NCBI GenBank assembly: GCA_964614525.1
Contig: CAZTPA010000009.1
Span: 306-64,305, forward strand
Direction of reading: 5' to 3'
Length of the DNA: 64,000 nt
From: an uncultured Bacteroidales bacterium
GTDB lineage: Bacteria; Bacteroidota; Bacteroidia; Bacteroidales; UBA7960
Shown here: positions 29,371 through 40,000 of the stretch, piece after piece
Layout: each line of letters starts with the position of its first letter
Numbering within the stretch: position 1 is the first letter of the stretch
Program-made: the position numbers and the translations under genes
Notes under the pieces: generated by a model
Told to the model about the DNA's origin: nothing
The model's input: the letters and a program-made list of their open reading frames with translations, nothing else
Database searches by the model: none

Positions 29371-30642
29371 TTAATCAATAAATTCAAAGCCGGTATATTT
29401 TACCAGTTCCTTTGGAATCTTTATTCCCTTTTCTGTTTGATTATTTTCCAATAGAGCAGCTACTATTCTAGGTAACGCAAGAGCACTTCCGTTTAGTGTA
29501 TGAGCCAATTGAGTTTTGCCTTCACTGTTTTTGAATCTCAGTTTCATTCTATTAGATTGAAAAGCCTCAAAATTTGAAACAGAGCTCACTTCCAGCCATC
29601 TTTTTTGTGCTGCCGACCATACTTCCATGTCGTAAGTTAAAGCAGAAGCAAAACTAAGATCACCACCACAAAGCCTTGCAACTCTAAAAGGAAGTTCCAG
29701 CTTTCGCAGCAAACCCTGAACATACTGAGTCATTTCATTTAAGGCATCATAACTTTTGTCAGGATGAGTAATTTGTACTATTTCAACTTTATCAAACTGA
29801 TGCAATCTGTTAAGACCTCTAACATCCTTACCGTACGAGCCGGCTTCTCTGCGAAAACAAGAAGAGTAAGCAGTACATTTAACCGGCATTTCATTTTCAG
29901 AAAGAATTTTATCTCTAAAAATATTTGTCACCGGCACTTCAGCTGTTGGAATAAGATAAAGATTATCGATTTGCACATGATACATCTGTCCGTCTTTATC
30001 GGGTAATTGCCCGGTAGCAAAAGCAGATGCTTCATTAACCATTAATGGTGGCTGATATTCTACATAACCGGCATTTATTGCTTCCTCCAGAAAAAATGAA
30101 ATTAGTGCCCTTTGTAGTTTGGCTCCTTTGCCGACATATACGGGGAAACCCGCGCCGGTAATCTTTGTTCCCAGCTCAAAATCTATAATATTATATTTTG
30201 CAGCAAGATCCCAATGAGAGAGGACATTATCACCTAAGTCAAAGATATCTCCTTCAGAATGAATTATTTCATTATCTTCTTCAGATTTGCCTGCGGGAAC
30301 TTTTTCATTTGGCAAGTTTGGTAAAACAAGCAAAAGCTTTTCATACTCTTTGTTGAGCTCTTCAAGCTTAATATTAAGATCCTTTGATTTTTGCTTTAAC
30401 TCAACAGTTCGTTCTTTTAATTTATTTGCCTCTTCAGTTTGGCCTGTCTTAAAAAGTTCTCCGATTTTTTTTGACATTAAATTACTTTCTGCCAACACAT
30501 CATCAAGGCCTTTTTGAGTTTCTCTTCTTTGACTATCTGTATTAAGCAATTTCTCAACAGTAGTTTTAGCATCAAAGTTTTTGATTTTTAATCTTTCAAT
30601 AACTTCAGCGCTATTGTCCCTAATTTTATAAATTTCAAGCAT
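29371..30642 (-). CDS. serS: seryl-tRNA synthetase
   Basis: 423-aa ORF with an N-terminal coiled-coil arm and class II motifs: FRREAGSYGKDVRGLNRLHQFDKVE and GSALALPR. Confidence 0.95.
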   Translation of the reverse strand: MLEIYKIRDNSAEVIERLKIKNFDAKTTVEKLLNTDSQRRETQKGLDDVLAESNLMSKKIGELFKTGQTEEANKLKERTVELKQKSKDLNIKLEELNKEYEKLLLVLPNLPNEKVPAGKSEEDNEIIHSEGDIFDLGDNVLSHWDLAAKYNIIDFELGTKITGAGFPVYVGKGAKLQRALISFFLEEAINAGYVEYQPPLMVNEASAFATGQLPDKDGQMYHVQIDNLYLIPTAEVPVTNIFRDKILSENEMPVKCTAYSSCFRREAGSYGKDVRGLNRLHQFDKVEIVQITHPDKSYDALNEMTQYVQGLLRKLELPFRVARLCGGDLSFASALTYDMEVWSAAQKRWLEVSSVSNFEAFQSNRMKLRFKNSEGKTQLAHTLNGSALALPRIVAALLENNQTEKGIKIPKELVKYTGFEFID

Positions 30643-30704
30643 TTTTCTAAGTATTATTAATTAAAGTTCCAAAATTAATAAGAAACAATTATATTATTCA
30701 TTAT

Positions 30705-30749
30705 CCAAAAAAATATAGCCGCTCCACGATAAAATCACGGGCGGCTATA
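30705..30749 (-). terminator. intrinsic terminator after rpmA (minus strand)
   Basis: TATAGCCGC (30714-30722) pairs with GCGGCTATA (30741-30749). The plus-strand A-run 30707-30713 gives a U-tract on the minus-strand transcript. Confidence 0.65.
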
Positions 30750-30779
30750 ATATTTTACATAAAACAAACCTGTTTTGTA

Positions 30780-31046
30780 CTATTTTTCGGCAGCAACAGG
30801 TTCTATGTAAACGAATGATTTGTTATCAGCTTTTTTTCTAAAAACTACCTTACCATCAGACAGAGCATATAAAGTGTGGTCTTTGCCCATACCCACGTTA
30901 AGTCCGGGATTATGAACTGTACCTCTTTGTCTTACAATGATATTTCCGGCAGTAGCCATTTGGCCTCCAAAAAGCTTAACGCCCAATCTTTTACTATGGG
31001 ATTCTCTTCCGTTACGTGAACTACCGGCTCCTTTCTTATGTGCCAT
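30780..31046 (-). CDS. rpmA: 50S ribosomal protein L27
   Basis: 88-aa ORF: [24 protein letters not shown]...[11 protein letters not shown]. Confidence 0.95.
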   Translation of the reverse strand: MAHKKGAGSSRNGRESHSKRLGVKLFGGQMATAGNIIVRQRGTVHNPGLNVGMGKDHTLYALSDGKVVFRKKADNKSFVYIEPVAAEK

Positions 31047-31075
31047 AATTTCAAAATTTTAGGGTTAAAAAATAA

Positions 31076-31387
31076 CTAAGCAACTATTTCCTCAATTTGT
31101 ATTTGAGTCATTTGTTGCCTGTGGCCATTAAGTTTTTGATAGCCTTTTCTTCTTTTTTTCTTAAAAACCAGAATTTTATCTGATTTAACGTGTGCCAATA
31201 CTTTCGCTTTAACTTTAGCACCGTTCACAACAGGAGCGCCTACTTGAACCTTGTCACCATCTGCTAAAAGAAGAACCTGGTCAAACTCAACATTTGCACC
31301 TTCTTCTTGAATCAGCTTGTTAACATAGATCTTCAGGTCTTTTTCTATCTTAAATTGCTGTCCTGCTATATCTACAATTGCATACAT
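31076..31387 (-). CDS. rplU: 50S ribosomal protein L21
   Basis: 103-aa ORF: MYAIVDIAGQQFKIE ... KKRRKGYQKLNGHRQ. Confidence 0.9.
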   Translation of the reverse strand: MYAIVDIAGQQFKIEKDLKIYVNKLIQEEGANVEFDQVLLLADGDKVQVGAPVVNGAKVKAKVLAHVKSDKILVFKKKRRKGYQKLNGHRQQMTQIQIEEIVA

Positions 31388-31435
31388 GTTTATAAATGGT
31401 TTTAATTAACTATAATAACTATAATAATCGGGGTG

Positions 31436-31443
31436 CAAAGATA
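31436..31443 (-). promoter_or_regulatory. candidate -7 promoter box TATCTTTG for rplU-rpmA
   Basis: Plus-strand CAAAGATA is TATCTTTG on the minus strand, followed by CACCCCG. It lies 49 nt before the rplU ATG. Confidence 0.5.
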
Positions 31444-31641
31444 AGTTTTTTTTCATTAAGAACAATTAATGAATAAAAAAATATTAATAAATGTCACATA
31501 TTTTTATTTAGATATCATTTATTCTACATAAGATGAGTATTTCAGGGTCAAATAGTCTTAAATCTTCCATAATTATGTATTTTAGTATAAAAAACAAAGT
31601 TATCTGTTTAAAATTATTTATGATAAGTGTAATTTTTCACC

Positions 31642-31649
31642 TAACTTTG
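31642..31649 (+). promoter_or_regulatory. candidate -7 promoter box TAACTTTG
   Basis: Exact TAnnTTTG match immediately 5' of the 31653-31728 hairpin and 113 nt upstream of the LytTR gene ATG. Confidence 0.45.
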
Positions 31650-31652
31650 CAC

Positions 31653-31740
31653 TGTCGGTAGCAGGTATTTTAAGCCGTTTAAACCTTTTTCTCTGCTTGC
31701 ACAAATAAAGAGAAACCTGTTACCGACATTTATTTTTTTA
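31653..31740 (+). ncRNA. candidate small RNA or leader attenuator (14-bp closing stem plus U-tract)
   Basis: TGTCGGTAGCAGGT (31653-31666) pairs with ACCTGTTACCGACA (31715-31728), 13 Watson-Crick pairs and one G-U. Inner stem TTCTCT (31689-31694) pairs with AGAGAA (31709-31714). TTTATTTTTTT follows. Confidence 0.35.
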
Positions 31741-31761
31741 TCTGCTTTAACCGGCTTTATT

Positions 31762-32604
31762 ATGATTAGCAACATAAATCAGTTAAACCAACTATTAAAA
31801 TCAAACCTAAAACTTGCTTTAAGCATTAGTTTTGGTGTTTTTCTTTTTATACTGTTTTATCAACCGTTTTCAGTAGAAAAGTTTGATGATACAGACTGGT
31901 TAATATTTGTAACCGGTTTAACTGCAATTGTTTTCATTTTAATAATGTTAGTAAGAGTTGGATTTCCGTGGTTTACAAACAAAAACTATGAGGAACTTCA
32001 AAAGCCGGCTTTTCTTTATAAAATCGGCGGAATAATTTTGTTTGTTTTAAACTTAATTTCTTTCCTTTTTTATCTGCATTATTTAGGTTCAATAGAAATA
32101 TCTTTGGATTTACTAACCAAGGTTGTTTTTATATGCCTGGCACCGCCTGTTATATTGTGGATTAATGACAAATATAAAAGAGCCAGTTTGCAAAATGAAA
32201 CTCTTTTTAATGAGAAGAAGCTTTTGGAAAAACAATTGGAAAAACATGAAAGTGCATACCAAAACACATCAATAGAGCTGGCATCTGAAAACAGTAAAGA
32301 GGTTTTTGATATCAGTATCTCAAATATTGCGTTCATTCAATCTGCTGACAATTATGTTGAAGTCGTATATAAAGAAGATGGAGAATTTAAGAAAAAACTA
32401 CTTCGAAATACATTAAAAAATATAGAGTTGCAACTCAAATCCTTTTCAAATTTTGTGCGTTGTCACAGGTCATTTATTGTAAATACATACTTAATTGAAA
32501 CAAATAAAAAGGATTTAAACAAGATGTGGCTTGCTATCAAAGGCTTGGGACAGAAAATACCGGTTTCAAGACAATATTTAATAAAGCTGAAAGAGGCTAT
32601 TTAA
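31762..32604 (+). CDS. membrane-anchored LytTR-family DNA-binding protein
   Basis: 280-aa ORF with about four N-terminal TM helices, a coiled linker, and a C-terminal LytTR pattern: IAFIQSADNYVEVVY...FVRCHRSFIVN. Confidence 0.75.
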   Translation: MISNINQLNQLLKSNLKLALSISFGVFLFILFYQPFSVEKFDDTDWLIFVTGLTAIVFILIMLVRVGFPWFTNKNYEELQKPAFLYKIGGIILFVLNLISFLFYLHYLGSIEISLDLLTKVVFICLAPPVILWINDKYKRASLQNETLFNEKKLLEKQLEKHESAYQNTSIELASENSKEVFDISISNIAFIQSADNYVEVVYKEDGEFKKKLLRNTLKNIELQLKSFSNFVRCHRSFIVNTYLIETNKKDLNKMWLAIKGLGQKIPVSRQYLIKLKEAI

Positions 32605-32758
32605 GGGCGTTGGGACAAGTGTCATTCACCCCACAAATTTAACATTTATCCCCTAAACAATCGTTTTACCACCTGAGAAGAGTTACTAATCCCATAGTTT
32701 TGTTATCCTTTGATGCAAGAATTATCTTTGCGCTGAATAAAAAAAGGATAAAATTAAA

Positions 32759-33847
32759 ATGCAAGAATTTATTAAAAATTTGAAACCAATAAAAATTGGT
32801 AACTTAACAGTTAACATTCCAATACTACAAGGAGGAATGGGCATAGGGGTCTCTATGTCGGGTATGGCAGCAGCTGTAGCCAACGAAGGAGGCGTTGGAG
32901 TAATTTCCAGTGCAGGTTTGGGTTTATTAAATCGTTATAAAGGACTAAATTATATTGAATCAAATATTCAGGCCTTAAAAGATGAAATAAAGAAGGCCCG
33001 TGAAAAAACAAAAGGACTTATTGGCATAAATATAATGGTAGCCATGTCGAATTTTGCAGACATGGTAAAAACTTCAATATCTGAGAAAGCTGATATAATA
33101 TTTAGTGGAGCCGGACTTCCATTGGACATGCCTTCATTTTTAAAAAAAGACAGTGTAACTAAATTAGTTCCAATAGTTTCCTCAGGAAGAGCAGCGAAGA
33201 TTATTTGCGAAAAATGGAAAAATCAATATGATTATCTGCCTGATGCTGTGGTGGTTGAAGGTCCAAAAGCCGGTGGTCATCTGGGATTCAAAGCAAACCA
33301 GATAACAGATGATAACTTTTCATTAGAGCAGCTTATTACAGACGTTGTGTCTACGGTTAAGATATTTGAAGAGCAGTATAATGTCAAAATTCCTGTAATT
33401 GCTGCCGGTGGTATATATACCGGGCAAAACATTCATGATATAATGAAGCTGGGAGCTTCCGGTGTACAAATGGGTACCCGTTTTGTAACTACAAATGAAT
33501 GTGATGCCTCAGATGCTTTTAAACAAGCATATATAGATTCAAAGGCCGAAGATGTCGGAATTATTAATAGTCCGGTTGGTATGCCGGGAAGAGCATTGAA
33601 AAACAGTTTTATTGATAAAGTAAATCTGGGAGAAAAGCATCCAATCAGCTGTCCGTACAAATGTATAAGAACCTGCAATGCAGAAACCAGTCCATACTGT
33701 ATAGTAAAGGCCCTTATAAGCGCATATAAAGGTAATTTCAAAAATGGATATGCTTTTGCTGGAAGCAATGCATACAAGGCAGAAAAGATTATTTCCGTAA
33801 AAGAAACTTTTCAGAATATAAGAGATGAGTATGAGCTTGCAAAATAG
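32759..33847 (+). CDS. nitronate monooxygenase family flavoprotein (FabK-like enoyl-ACP reductase II candidate)
   Basis: 362-aa ORF: PILQGGMGIGVS, VVVEGPKAGGHLG, AAGGIYTG, VQMGTRF. Confidence 0.7.
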   Translation: MQEFIKNLKPIKIGNLTVNIPILQGGMGIGVSMSGMAAAVANEGGVGVISSAGLGLLNRYKGLNYIESNIQALKDEIKKAREKTKGLIGINIMVAMSNFADMVKTSISEKADIIFSGAGLPLDMPSFLKKDSVTKLVPIVSSGRAAKIICEKWKNQYDYLPDAVVVEGPKAGGHLGFKANQITDDNFSLEQLITDVVSTVKIFEEQYNVKIPVIAAGGIYTGQNIHDIMKLGASGVQMGTRFVTTNECDASDAFKQAYIDSKAEDVGIINSPVGMPGRALKNSFIDKVNLGEKHPISCPYKCIRTCNAETSPYCIVKALISAYKGNFKNGYAFAGSNAYKAEKIISVKETFQNIRDEYELAK

Positions 33848-33872
33848 AACCGGAAAAAGAAAGTTACTAAAA

Positions 33873-33920
33873 GAAAAGCCTAAAACTTAAGAAAGTCATA
33901 AGTTTTAGGCTTTTCTTTTG
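33873..33920. terminator. bidirectional intrinsic terminator between convergent genes
   Basis: GAAAAGCCTAAAACTTA (33873-33889) pairs perfectly over 17 bp with TAAGTTTTAGGCTTTTC (33899-33915), with A/T runs on either side. Confidence 0.7.
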
Positions 33921-33933
33921 TACAATTGCATGT

Positions 33934-34821
33934 TTACCTTCTGTTTGCCATATAAACGCCACCCAGAATTATTACTATCCACAGCATAAAAATAGCCAGG
34001 AAAGCTTCACCATCCAGAATACCCCACAAAATAGATACCAGCGGCATAAGATAAGTAACACTTGAGGCAAAAACAGCTGAAGTCCGTTTAATAACTCTCA
34101 CATTAAGAATCACAGCAAGGGAAGTTCCAAAGAAAGCCAGAATAGTAATGTAACCCAAACTTTTCCATGCATCAGGATCATTTTGCATTACGAAAATGAA
34201 ATCTGACATTGAAAAGACATATATTATTGCGGGAATACCTATAAACAAAAAAGCTATTGAAACAATTGTGACAGTATCATATTTTGTCAAAAACTGCTTA
34301 ATAATATTCATATTGAAAGCGTAGCAAATAGTAGCTGCAACAACAGCAAGAGAATAGTACGAATTAATTACAAAATCTCCATTAGAAGAAGCAATCAGCA
34401 AACCAACAGCACCAACTAAACCAACAAATACACCAACAATATTAAACCAACGAGCTTTAATATTAAAAAGCAGAATCCCAACAAGCAAAGTAAACAAAGG
34501 AGTAAGTGAGTTGAGAATGCCCGCCATAAAACTTTCGATACCTGTTTGAGCTTTAGCAAATAAAAAAGCAGGCAATCCATTTCCCAATATACCGGCAAGA
34601 ATGAAATATTTTATATCCTCTTTATGAATTCGTTTTAATCGGGATACTGCAAAAGGAATTAATACAACGAAAGATAATCCGACTCTCAGAGCTCCAACCT
34701 GATAATGAGAAAATGAATCCAGTCCTCTTTTTATAAAAATAAAAGAACTACCCCAAACAAACATAAGAAAAATTAAAGTTGCCCAGTCAATGAAGGCCGG
34801 CTTGCTGTCATTATTAGCCAT
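33934..34821 (-). CDS. EamA/DMT-family transporter
   Basis: 295-aa ORF with about ten TM helices in a duplicated EamA arrangement. Confidence 0.75.
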   Translation of the reverse strand: MANNDSKPAFIDWATLIFLMFVWGSSFIFIKRGLDSFSHYQVGALRVGLSFVVLIPFAVSRLKRIHKEDIKYFILAGILGNGLPAFLFAKAQTGIESFMAGILNSLTPLFTLLVGILLFNIKARWFNIVGVFVGLVGAVGLLIASSNGDFVINSYYSLAVVAATICYAFNMNIIKQFLTKYDTVTIVSIAFLFIGIPAIIYVFSMSDFIFVMQNDPDAWKSLGYITILAFFGTSLAVILNVRVIKRTSAVFASSVTYLMPLVSILWGILDGEAFLAIFMLWIVIILGGVYMANRR

Positions 34822-34890
34822 CCCGGAAATGTTATAGTATGTTTTTCATCGTAAAAGTAAGGATAATTTTTTCATATGAAATAATTTTCC

Positions 34891-34898
34891 TATCTTTG
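34891..34898 (+). promoter_or_regulatory. candidate -7 promoter box TATCTTTG for rpsF-rpsR-rplI
   Basis: Exact TAnnTTTG match followed by CCCTCCG. The G lies 50 nt before the rpsF ATG. Confidence 0.5.
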
Positions 34899-34947
34899 CC
34901 CTCCGTTTTTAAGGAAATTTTTAATTAATAAACTAAAAATCAATAAG

Positions 34948-35301
34948 ATGTTAAAACAGTACGAAACCGTTTTCATTATGACTCCCGTTTTGTCTGATGA
35001 ACAGATGAAGGAAGCGGTAAGTAAGTTTCAGAATTATCTGAAAGAAAAAGGTGCAGAAATAGTGTCTGAAGAACACTGGGGCCTTAGGAAACTTGCCTAT
35101 CCTATTCAAAAAAAATCAACAGGCTTTTATCACCTGATCAACTTCAAAGCAGAAGGTAAATTAATTGCAGAACTGGAAGTTGAATTTAAGCGCGATGAGC
35201 GAATTATGCGATTTCTCACAGTTGCTCTTGACAAACATGCTGTAGCATATAACGAAAAGAGAATGAGAGAGAAAGAAGTTGCAAAAACTCAGGAATCATA
35301 A
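34948..35301 (+). CDS. rpsF: 30S ribosomal protein S6
   Basis: 117-aa ORF: YETVFIMTP ... [12 protein letters not shown]. Confidence 0.9.
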   Translation: MLKQYETVFIMTPVLSDEQMKEAVSKFQNYLKEKGAEIVSEEHWGLRKLAYPIQKKSTGFYHLINFKAEGKLIAELEVEFKRDERIMRFLTVALDKHAVAYNEKRMREKEVAKTQES

Positions 35302-35328
35302 TTTTAAAAAACTAAAAACAAAATAATT

Positions 35329-35601
35329 ATGGCAAGTCCTCAAAATTCAGAAATAAGATATCTGGCACCAATTGCTGTTGATATCAAAAAGAAGAAATAC
35401 TGCCGATTTAAAAAATCCGGCATTAAGTATATTGACTATAAGGATGCAAATTTTTTGCTAAAGTTTGTAAACGAACAAGGTAAAATTTTACCTCGTCGTC
35501 TAACCGGTACTTCAGTTAAATATCAACATAAAGTATCAAGAGCTATAAAAAGGGCAAGACATCTTGCTATATTACCTTACGTTGCAGACTTGTTAAAATA
35601 G
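35329..35601 (+). CDS. rpsR: 30S ribosomal protein S18
   Basis: 90-aa ORF: KKYCRF...IDYKD...[15 protein letters not shown]...K.Q..V..AIKRAR. Confidence 0.9.
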   Translation: MASPQNSEIRYLAPIAVDIKKKKYCRFKKSGIKYIDYKDANFLLKFVNEQGKILPRRLTGTSVKYQHKVSRAIKRARHLAILPYVADLLK

Positions 35602-35611
35602 GAGGTATAAA

Positions 35612-36061
35612 ATGGAAATTATTTTAAGAGAAGATATCACAGGTTTAGGATACAAAGACGACATAGTAACCGTAAAACCGGGTTATGGAAGAAATTATCT
35701 AATCCCAAAAGGATTAGCAATTCTTGCTGTTAGTTCTGAAAAGAAAAAGCTGGCTGAAACAATTAAGCAAAGAGCTTTCAAAGAAGAAAAAATCCAAAAA
35801 GAAGCAAATGCACTTGCTGAAAAATTGCAAGGAATATCTGTAAAAATCGGAGCAAAAGCCGGTACATCAGGTAAAATTTTTGGATCTGTAAACTCATTGC
35901 AAATTGCAGAGGCTATAAAATCTCAGTATGATATTGATATTGATCGGAAAAAGATCGTTATTGATGGTGAGTCAGTAAAGGAAACAGGCAGTTATTCTGC
36001 AAAAGTTAATCTTTACAAAGACATAAAAGCTGAAATAAGTTTTGAAGTTATAGCTGAATAA
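35612..36061 (+). CDS. rplI: 50S ribosomal protein L9
   Basis: 149-aa ORF: MEIILREDITGLGYKDDIVTVKPGYGRNYLIPKGLA. Confidence 0.9.
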   Translation: MEIILREDITGLGYKDDIVTVKPGYGRNYLIPKGLAILAVSSEKKKLAETIKQRAFKEEKIQKEANALAEKLQGISVKIGAKAGTSGKIFGSVNSLQIAEAIKSQYDIDIDRKKIVIDGESVKETGSYSAKVNLYKDIKAEISFEVIAE

Positions 36062-36082
36062 GATTTTTTTTGATTTTTTTTT

Positions 36083-36230
36083 AGCTGTTTCAAAAGACAG
36101 AATAAATTCACGCAGAGATTATAATTACTCAAAAGCAAAAATTATTTAGCATAGCTTTGTATTTTTGCTTTTGAGTTTTTCTATAAATTCTTTTTTGTGA
36201 TGCTGTATTTTTGAAACAGCTTTTTTTTTA
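36083..36230 (+). terminator. nested hairpin structure downstream of rplI
   Basis: Outer stem AGCTGTTTCAAAA (36083-36095) pairs with TTTTGAAACAGCT (36209-36221), followed by T9. Inner stem CTCAAAAGCAAAAAT (36128-36142) pairs with ATTTTTGCTTTTGAG (36161-36175), followed by T5. Confidence 0.5.
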
Positions 36231-36245
36231 ATTCATTTAAACAAT

Positions 36246-37019
36246 ATGCTTACAAATGCAACAATAAAAGAAATAAAGGCTTTGCACAAAAAAAACTTCA
36301 GACAGGAGAAAGGCCTCTTCATAGCTGAAGGTGATAAAATATGCAGAGAGATGTTGCAAAGCAAGTATAGCATAGTTGGCATTTATGCCTTGGAATCATG
36401 GTTGAAAGAGAATGAAAATTTACTTTCAAATCATAAAAACACCTCCATTACAGAAAAAGAACTTTCAAGAATCAGCACTCTGAAAACTCCCAACAAGGTT
36501 TTAATTGTAGCAGAAAAAACATTTACACAAACTTCTGACATTGCTTTAAAAGGAAATATCACTTTAGTACTTGACAATATTCAGGATGCAGGAAACCTGG
36601 GAACAATAATCCGCACTGCAGACTGGTTTGGAGTAAATAACATAATTTGTTCCCCTGACACTGTTGAACTACATAATCCCAAAGTAATACAATCAACTAT
36701 GGGCTCATTTATGAGAATAAATGTAATACATGCAGAACTCGGGAAGTATTTTAAAGAAATAATAAGCCCAACAAATATATCGGTCTACGGAGCAATGCTA
36801 AATGGAGAAAAATTACCGGAAGTAACTCCACCCAAAGAATGCGTAATAATAATAGGAAATGAGTCAAAGGGTATTTCAAAGGAACTTATACCACATATAA
36901 CAAATAAGATAACAATACCTGCATATTTTTCAAACTATAACGAAACGAAGGCCGAATCACTAAATGCTGCTGTTGCCACTTCTATCTTACTTTCATGGTT
37001 TAGAATGAGAACTGTTTAA
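36246..37019 (+). CDS. TrmH/SpoU-family RNA 2'-O-methyltransferase
   Basis: 257-aa ORF: LVLDNIQDAGNLGTIIRTADWFG, IIIGNESKGIS, SLNAAVATSILL. Confidence 0.8.
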   Translation: MLTNATIKEIKALHKKNFRQEKGLFIAEGDKICREMLQSKYSIVGIYALESWLKENENLLSNHKNTSITEKELSRISTLKTPNKVLIVAEKTFTQTSDIALKGNITLVLDNIQDAGNLGTIIRTADWFGVNNIICSPDTVELHNPKVIQSTMGSFMRINVIHAELGKYFKEIISPTNISVYGAMLNGEKLPEVTPPKECVIIIGNESKGISKELIPHITNKITIPAYFSNYNETKAESLNAAVATSILLSWFRMRTV

Positions 37020-37057
37020 TTAGAAAAGAGCATTCAATTCTGTAATTTTGGTAGTTT

Positions 37058-40000
37058 TTATACTCTAAAACCAATTACAAGTATATCATCAATTTGAAAA
37101 TATTCATCAGTCATCCAATCTTTCAATTTTTGTTCAAGCAATCCTTTTTGCTTCTCCATAGGATTTTTATAAATACTTAATAGCAACTCTTTAAAAGCAT
37201 TTTTACCCATGCTTACTCCTTTTGGGCCGCCAAATTGGTCTCTGTATCCGTCAGAGAAAATATATACAACATCATTGCTTTGCAGCTGAATCTGATGAGT
37301 TTCAAAAGGTCTTTCCTTATGGTGAATCCCGATAGGATTGCGTGTAGGCTTATATTCTGTTAATTCATTATTTCTAATCAGGAATAGAGGATTATTAGCA
37401 CCTGCATAATATAAAACATTGCTTTCTGTGTTTAATGTGCAAAATGCCAGATCCATTCCATCTTTTTGTTCAGCCCTACTGCCGGTCTGTCCCAGTGTTG
37501 TTTTTGTTTTTTCACGCAATTGATCTAATACTGCCGATACATTTTCGGTCTGTTCTCTTAAAGCTACTTCATTTAAAAAAGCAATACCAAGCATACTCAT
37601 AAAAGCTCCCGGAACACCGTGCCCCGTGCAATCTGCAGCAACTATTGACACATAAGGTTCATTGGCTTTCACCCAATAAAAATCACCACTTACAATATCT
37701 CTGGGAACCCAAAAAATAAAACTCTCAGGAAGATATTTCTTTAAGAAATCCTCTTCGGGGACCAATGCATTTTGAATGCGGCTTGCATATCTTATACTGC
37801 TTGTAATCTCATCTTTTTGCCTGAGCACCAGTTTATGTTGCTTTGAAATTTCATTTTTTTGCGCTCTAATTTCTTCCGTTCGCTTTTCAATAATCTTTTC
37901 AAGTTGAATGTTTTTCGCTTTCAACCTCATTAAACTTAACTTCACAATTAACATTATAATAAGTAATGCTAAAATACCATAAGCAATATAAGCAAAGGTA
38001 GTTCTGTACCATGGTGGTAATATTCGAACAACATATGAAATTACTTCACTTTCATTTTCATAAATATCCTTCGCTTTAACAAAGAATATATACTCTCCCT
38101 CTCTTAAATTTATATATTCCTGAGTATTCAATTCAGTCCATTCTGACCAATCCTCATCAAGTCCTTCCAATTTAAATGAATACAATGCTTTGTGGTTATT
38201 TTCAATAAATGGAGATGCAAACTCAAAAATGATTCTATTTGAGGAATACGGAAGCACAATTCTTCGTGGAATTCCTTTCCGATATGGATAATAAAAAAGA
38301 ATAGAATCATTCTTTGTAAGTATTCTGCTAAAATTAATTTTAGGAATATCAGAAAATTTTTCTTTCCAATCAGTATTAACTTTAAGCAAACCATCATCAG
38401 TTGCGATCCATACATTAGCTGAATCAACAGCTGTTAAGTCATAAATTCTACCTGCATCCACAATAGTAAAAGGTTTATTATCAAGATCTTTTAAACTGAG
38501 GCCATAGTGAATTTCATTATCCAAAGAAATCCATGCTTTATTATGCATATATTTAAGAAGCAAAACAGAGACTGAGTCAATTCCTGGTATATCAACATAA
38601 TCAAAAAAACCTTGTTCTCTTTTCGCATTTGAGTCTTCTTGCGCTGAATCATCGTAATCATCTCTGATAAAATGCATTAAACCTGAAGCAACTCCAAAAT
38701 ACACATTCTCTTTATAATTAAATGGCCTGACCCAGGTTTGTCCCAATCCTGTTTGTTGTCCAATATACATATCCATTTCATAAGTATAATCGGGTTTTAT
38801 AAGCACATTCCATGCTCCTTCATTTAAAGTACCAATCCATAAGTCATTTCCATCACCACTATACAAAATATTTTCAGCAATATTTAATGGGTTTAAAGAT
38901 GAAAGTTCTGGATATTCAGCAAGTTTTCTTAATCCTCTTTTTGTAGCATAAACAAACAATCCATTTTCTCCAATTACAAAAAGAAGATCATTTTTCTGAG
39001 AAAAATATATTACGGGAGCATCAATATCTTCAATTATTTTCAGGCCTGCCTTTTCACTCCATACGAACAAACCATCAGAAGATCCAATAATCAAATTATC
39101 ATCAATCGACATCAAACTTTTAACATCAAAATTAGTATTGCCAATTTGAGAAAAATGCTTAAAAACCTTATCATCGGGAATAATATTTTTTTTGAATAAG
39201 CCTATGGATGTCCCGGCAAAAATATCTTCATTATGCTGAATAACAGATTGGGTAGTTCCCCATATTCCGGTGTTATAATCAAACATTGAAATGCCGCTAT
39301 TATAATTTACCATGCTAATACCGGTATTAAGAGTGATCCACAAATTATTATTGCTGTCCTGAAATACTTGATTTATTTCATTATCTCTTAATCCTGAGTT
39401 TTGATCAATTATTTGATATAGATTCCCATCCTGATCAATTATTACAACCCCACTATTTAGAGTTGATAAAGCAATAAGATTATTATGAAGCATTGTCCCT
39501 CCGATAATCTGGGAATTATTCAGATAATCGGTATAATTGCTAAACAAAGGATATATTCCTTTTGATTCTTCTTTAAGAGAATATTTAAAAAGACCTATTT
39601 CCTGGCTAACCAATAAATACTCATTATCGTTGCCGGGAAAAATTCCAAAGATTCCATAATCACTAAATATCTCACCATTTTTAACAAGCTTAAAGTTTTG
39701 ACCGTCGTATTTCATCAGTCCAATTCCTCTTTGCCTGACAAAAAGTTCACCTTCCACAACGAATGCAAGGTGGAAAGAAGTTTGCGGTTCAATAATTTCC
39801 AACGACTCTCCATCCCAAAGGAAAATATTTTCCTGGGCAAAAAACAGCACTTTCTGATTATAATAGTAAATCCTCCATACATTATTAAAAAAGGAATCTT
39901 CCGCACTCAGGGAATCGGAAAGAGAAACATATTCATACTTTCCTGTCGGCTTTGTTTTAAGAAAACCGAACTCACCGCTTGCACCGACAAATATTTCACC

